Below, piece after piece: positions 25,307 through 27,133 of a stretch of DNA of 27,133 bases. This DNA is from Campylobacterota bacterium. Lineage in GTDB: Bacteria; Campylobacterota; Campylobacteria; Campylobacterales; Sulfurovaceae. How positions within the stretch are numbered: position 1 is the first letter of the stretch; each line of letters starts with the position of its first letter. The notes under the pieces were generated by a model. The model searched no databases. It was not told the origin of the DNA and saw only the letters and a program-made list of their open reading frames with translations. The stretch lies in assembly GCA_034722955.1 (NCBI GenBank), contig JAYEOM010000004.1, forward strand, positions 1-27,133, in the 5' to 3' direction. The position numbers and the translations under genes are program-made.

Positions 25307-25478
25307 TTAAACCCGAAATATGCAATAGAGATTACTAAACTAGCACTCATCATTGCACATAGGGCATTTGCGAGAAAATCATCGATTAACCTTTGGGTTA
25401 ACCTCAAATTTTTCACAAACACCCTAGGCACAAGCATAAACGCTATTTTAGCAACTCTGTTGCATAATTCGGGTTTAA
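25307..25478 (-). repeat. 172-bp rod-like palindromic element (MITE-like or structured ncRNA) between the panD promoter and RBS
   Basis: Imperfect TIRs of about 37 bp (25307-25344 and 25442-25478), both termini TTAA. Inner arms pair almost continuously with G-U wobbles on the minus strand. Apex TTAACC-tttg-GGTTAA. Extended -10 TGGTATAAT abuts the left end (25299-25307). Confidence 0.7.
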
Positions 25479-25506
25479 GATATAAAATGTACGGGAGAGG
25501 GAGCAT

Positions 25507-25875
25507 ATGACCATTACGATGCTTTATAGTAAAATACACCGAGCTACAGTGACGGATGCAAATCTAAATTATGTTGGTTCTATCACTATAGATAGAGATC
25601 TTATGGATGCCGCAGCTATGCGTGTGGGACAAAAGATAGATATCGTCAATGTCAACAATGGAGAGCGTTTTTCGACCTATATCATCCCAGGAGAGCGAGG
25701 AAAAAGAGAGATGTGTCTCAACGGTGCAGCCGCACGCAAAGTCCACATAGGTGATAAGATCATAGTTATCGCTTATGCCTCCATGAGTGAAGAGGAGGCA
25801 GACAAGCATTTGCCAAAAGTTGTCATCCTCAATGATGATAACTCGATTGCACAGACTTTTGAAGGATTAGAATAA
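25507..25875 (+). CDS. panD: Aspartate 1-decarboxylase
   Basis: [25 protein letters not shown] autocleavage site, NGERFSTY and LNGAAAR. Confidence 0.97.
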   Translation: MTITMLYSKIHRATVTDANLNYVGSITIDRDLMDAAAMRVGQKIDIVNVNNGERFSTYIIPGERGKREMCLNGAAARKVHIGDKIIVIAYASMSEEEADKHLPKVVILNDDNSIAQTFEGLE

Positions 25876-25890
25876 TGCAAGGATTGTATC

Positions 25891-26202
25891 ATGTTTGAAG
25901 GGTTAAATCTAGGTGATATGGGCAAAATGCTCGAAGAGGTTCAAGAGAAAGCCAAAGAGGTTCAAGAGCAATCAAAAAATATACAGTTCACTGCCAAAGC
26001 AGGTGGTGGACTGATCTCATTGACTGCAAATGGACTGGGTGAAGTTATTGATCTTGAGATTGATGATTCATTGATGGATGATAAAGAGTCATTGCAAATA
26101 TTGCTGATCTCTGTGATGAATGATATCACTAGGATGGTAGAAGAGAACAAAAAGTCTCAAGCTATGGGGATGATGGGTGGAGTGAACCCGTTTGGTTCAT
26201 AA
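25891..26202 (+). CDS. ybaB: YbaB/EbfC nucleoid-associated protein
   Basis: M.KM...VQ..A..VQ, AGGGLIS...NG, L.ID..L..DKE.LQ.L.IS..ND. Confidence 0.92.
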   Translation: MFEGLNLGDMGKMLEEVQEKAKEVQEQSKNIQFTAKAGGGLISLTANGLGEVIDLEIDDSLMDDKESLQILLISVMNDITRMVEENKKSQAMGMMGGVNPFGS

Positions 26203-26207
26203 AACTA

Positions 26208-26336
26208 TTAGGCTCTACTAGTATCCACAAGGTAGCCAAACTCTCTGGAAGTTTTGAGTTTGGCAATCCTTCTGTAGGATAATGACTCTTTACCCTCTTT
26301 TTTGATCACACTTTTTAGTGTTTTCTTGATTTTCAT
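26208..26336 (-). CDS. Unannotated small basic protein (42 aa)
   Basis: MKIKKTLKSVIKKEGKESLSYRRIAKLKTSREFGYLVDTSRA*. Purine-rich RBS AAGAGAGAGA, and minus-strand -10 TATACT at 26386-26381 with a GC-rich discriminator. Confidence 0.55.
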   Translation of the reverse strand: MKIKKTLKSVIKKEGKESLSYRRIAKLKTSREFGYLVDTSRA

Positions 26337-26430
26337 GTTGTCTCTCTCTTTTTATTGATTTGGTCCCAAAGGACGGCGGAAGTATATCGCTCAGTAGTAA
26401 CAAATTGGCAACATACAAAAGGAATAGAAG

Positions 26431-26961
26431 ATGAAAGAATTATTAGAAGCTATAGAACATGACAACTTGGTTAAGATGAAAGCACTGCTCGAAGAGGGGG
26501 TAGATCTCTCCACGCCAATCATCATCGGCGAAGAGTATGATTTGGAAGATCATGACGAGATCAGCCTTCTTTTTTATGTGATACGAAATTATGCCAGTTT
26601 GGATGCGATCGAGCTTTTGCTTGAGTATGGTTTAGATATCAAAGCTTGTGATGATACAGGCATCTCTGCACTCGATACAGCGATCAAGTTTAAGCGACAC
26701 GACATTATTAAGCTATGTATAGCCAAAGGGCTAGATGTCAATGCCAGTAGCCGAAAAAGCGGTATCACACCCTTAATGCTTGCATCATGTTTCAGCAATA
26801 TTCAAACTGTTGAACTCCTGCTTGAATATGGTGCCAAGATCAATGCGACAGATCGTGCAGGAATGAGTCCAAAAGATTATGCTAGGAAACTAGGTCAAAA
26901 AAAGATGCAAGAGTTTTTGAGTGAAAAAGGCGGAGAGTTCTCTGTATATAAAGAGGAGTAA
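26431..26961 (+). CDS. Ankyrin repeat protein
   Basis: Repeats GISALDTAI...DIIKLCI..G.DVN, GITPLMLASC....VELLLEYGAKINA.D..GMSP..YA. RBS AAGGA. Confidence 0.92.
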   Translation: MKELLEAIEHDNLVKMKALLEEGVDLSTPIIIGEEYDLEDHDEISLLFYVIRNYASLDAIELLLEYGLDIKACDDTGISALDTAIKFKRHDIIKLCIAKGLDVNASSRKSGITPLMLASCFSNIQTVELLLEYGAKINATDRAGMSPKDYARKLGQKKMQEFLSEKGGEFSVYKEE

Positions 26962-27087
26962 CTATAAAGTTACCACCTCCTTAAGCAAAAAAAAAGAAAA
27001 ACACACTATACAATGTAAGCACCACCCCCAAAAACCCCAAACCCTCCCCTAAATTTCACTAAATTTAAAAGAATTTCACAAAAACCC

Positions 27088-27123
27088 TTGACAAAGAGAG
27101 AGAAAGGGGCTATAATACGCGTC
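27088..27123 (+). promoter_or_regulatory. Consensus sigma70 promoter, probably for a stable RNA (rRNA/tRNA) operon beyond the window
   Basis: TTGACA (27088-27093), 17-nt spacer, TATAAT (27111-27116), GC discriminator ACGCGTCC, and A-tract-rich upstream region. Confidence 0.75.
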
Positions 27124-27133
27124 CAACAACACA

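Noticed and set aside
25307..25478. 6S RNA or a pan/riboswitch leader
   Set aside because: Size and rod shape suggest 6S, but the apparent central bubble pairs up on the minus strand and the TSS would fall inside the terminal stem. No known riboswitch motif was recognised.
25255..25539. 94-aa minus-strand ORF
   Set aside because: Overlaps the panD start and ferredoxin stop and spans the palindrome; probably spurious.
26208..26336. Ribosomal protein L34 (rpmH)
   Set aside because: Similar size and charge, but it lacks MKRT(F/Y)QP and HGFR.RM. Retained as an unknown microprotein.
951..26798. Many short antisense or alternate-frame ORFs overlapping well-supported genes (e.g. 1803-2117, 9425-9784, 15053-15412, 16886-17284, 18005-18421, 22154-22564)
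   Set aside because: Shadow ORFs of real genes, with no RBS, motifs or independent support.

Overview
A 27 kb window from a Campylobacterota chromosome, probably Sulfurovum-like (inferred from gene content, gene order and promoters that have only a TATAAT -10). It starts with the 3' end of a CusA/CzcA RND pump. Next is a four-gene partner-switching operon: SiaB-type kinase, SiaC-type adaptor, class III cyclase and SiaA-like membrane PP2C phosphatase. The usual SiaD diguanylate cyclase is replaced by a CyaB-like adenylate cyclase that keeps a SiaD-type N-terminal helix. This predicted Sia-to-cAMP system is the best candidate for an undescribed system here. It is followed by selO/ydiU and a 3.4 kb cargo block (pentaheme cytochrome, DUF4214-DUF2202 fusion, hypotheticals) bracketed by a decayed copy of the selO 3' end, and then an nfnAB electron-bifurcating transhydrogenase. 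The housekeeping stretch holds gmk-tatA-argS (ArgS of an unexpected subtype), the rpmJ-rpsM-rpsK-rpsD-rpoA-rplQ operon with a structured leader, and nifU-hyp-murE. Two long palindromic MITE/ERIC-like elements bracket a hemerythrin/DUF2249 operon carrying a Crp/Fnr box, plus a 2Fe-2S ferredoxin. The window ends with panD-ybaB, an unannotated 42-aa basic ORF, an ankyrin protein and a consensus sigma70 promoter, probably for rRNA or tRNA. Family assignments rest on motif recognition from memory; no database search was run.
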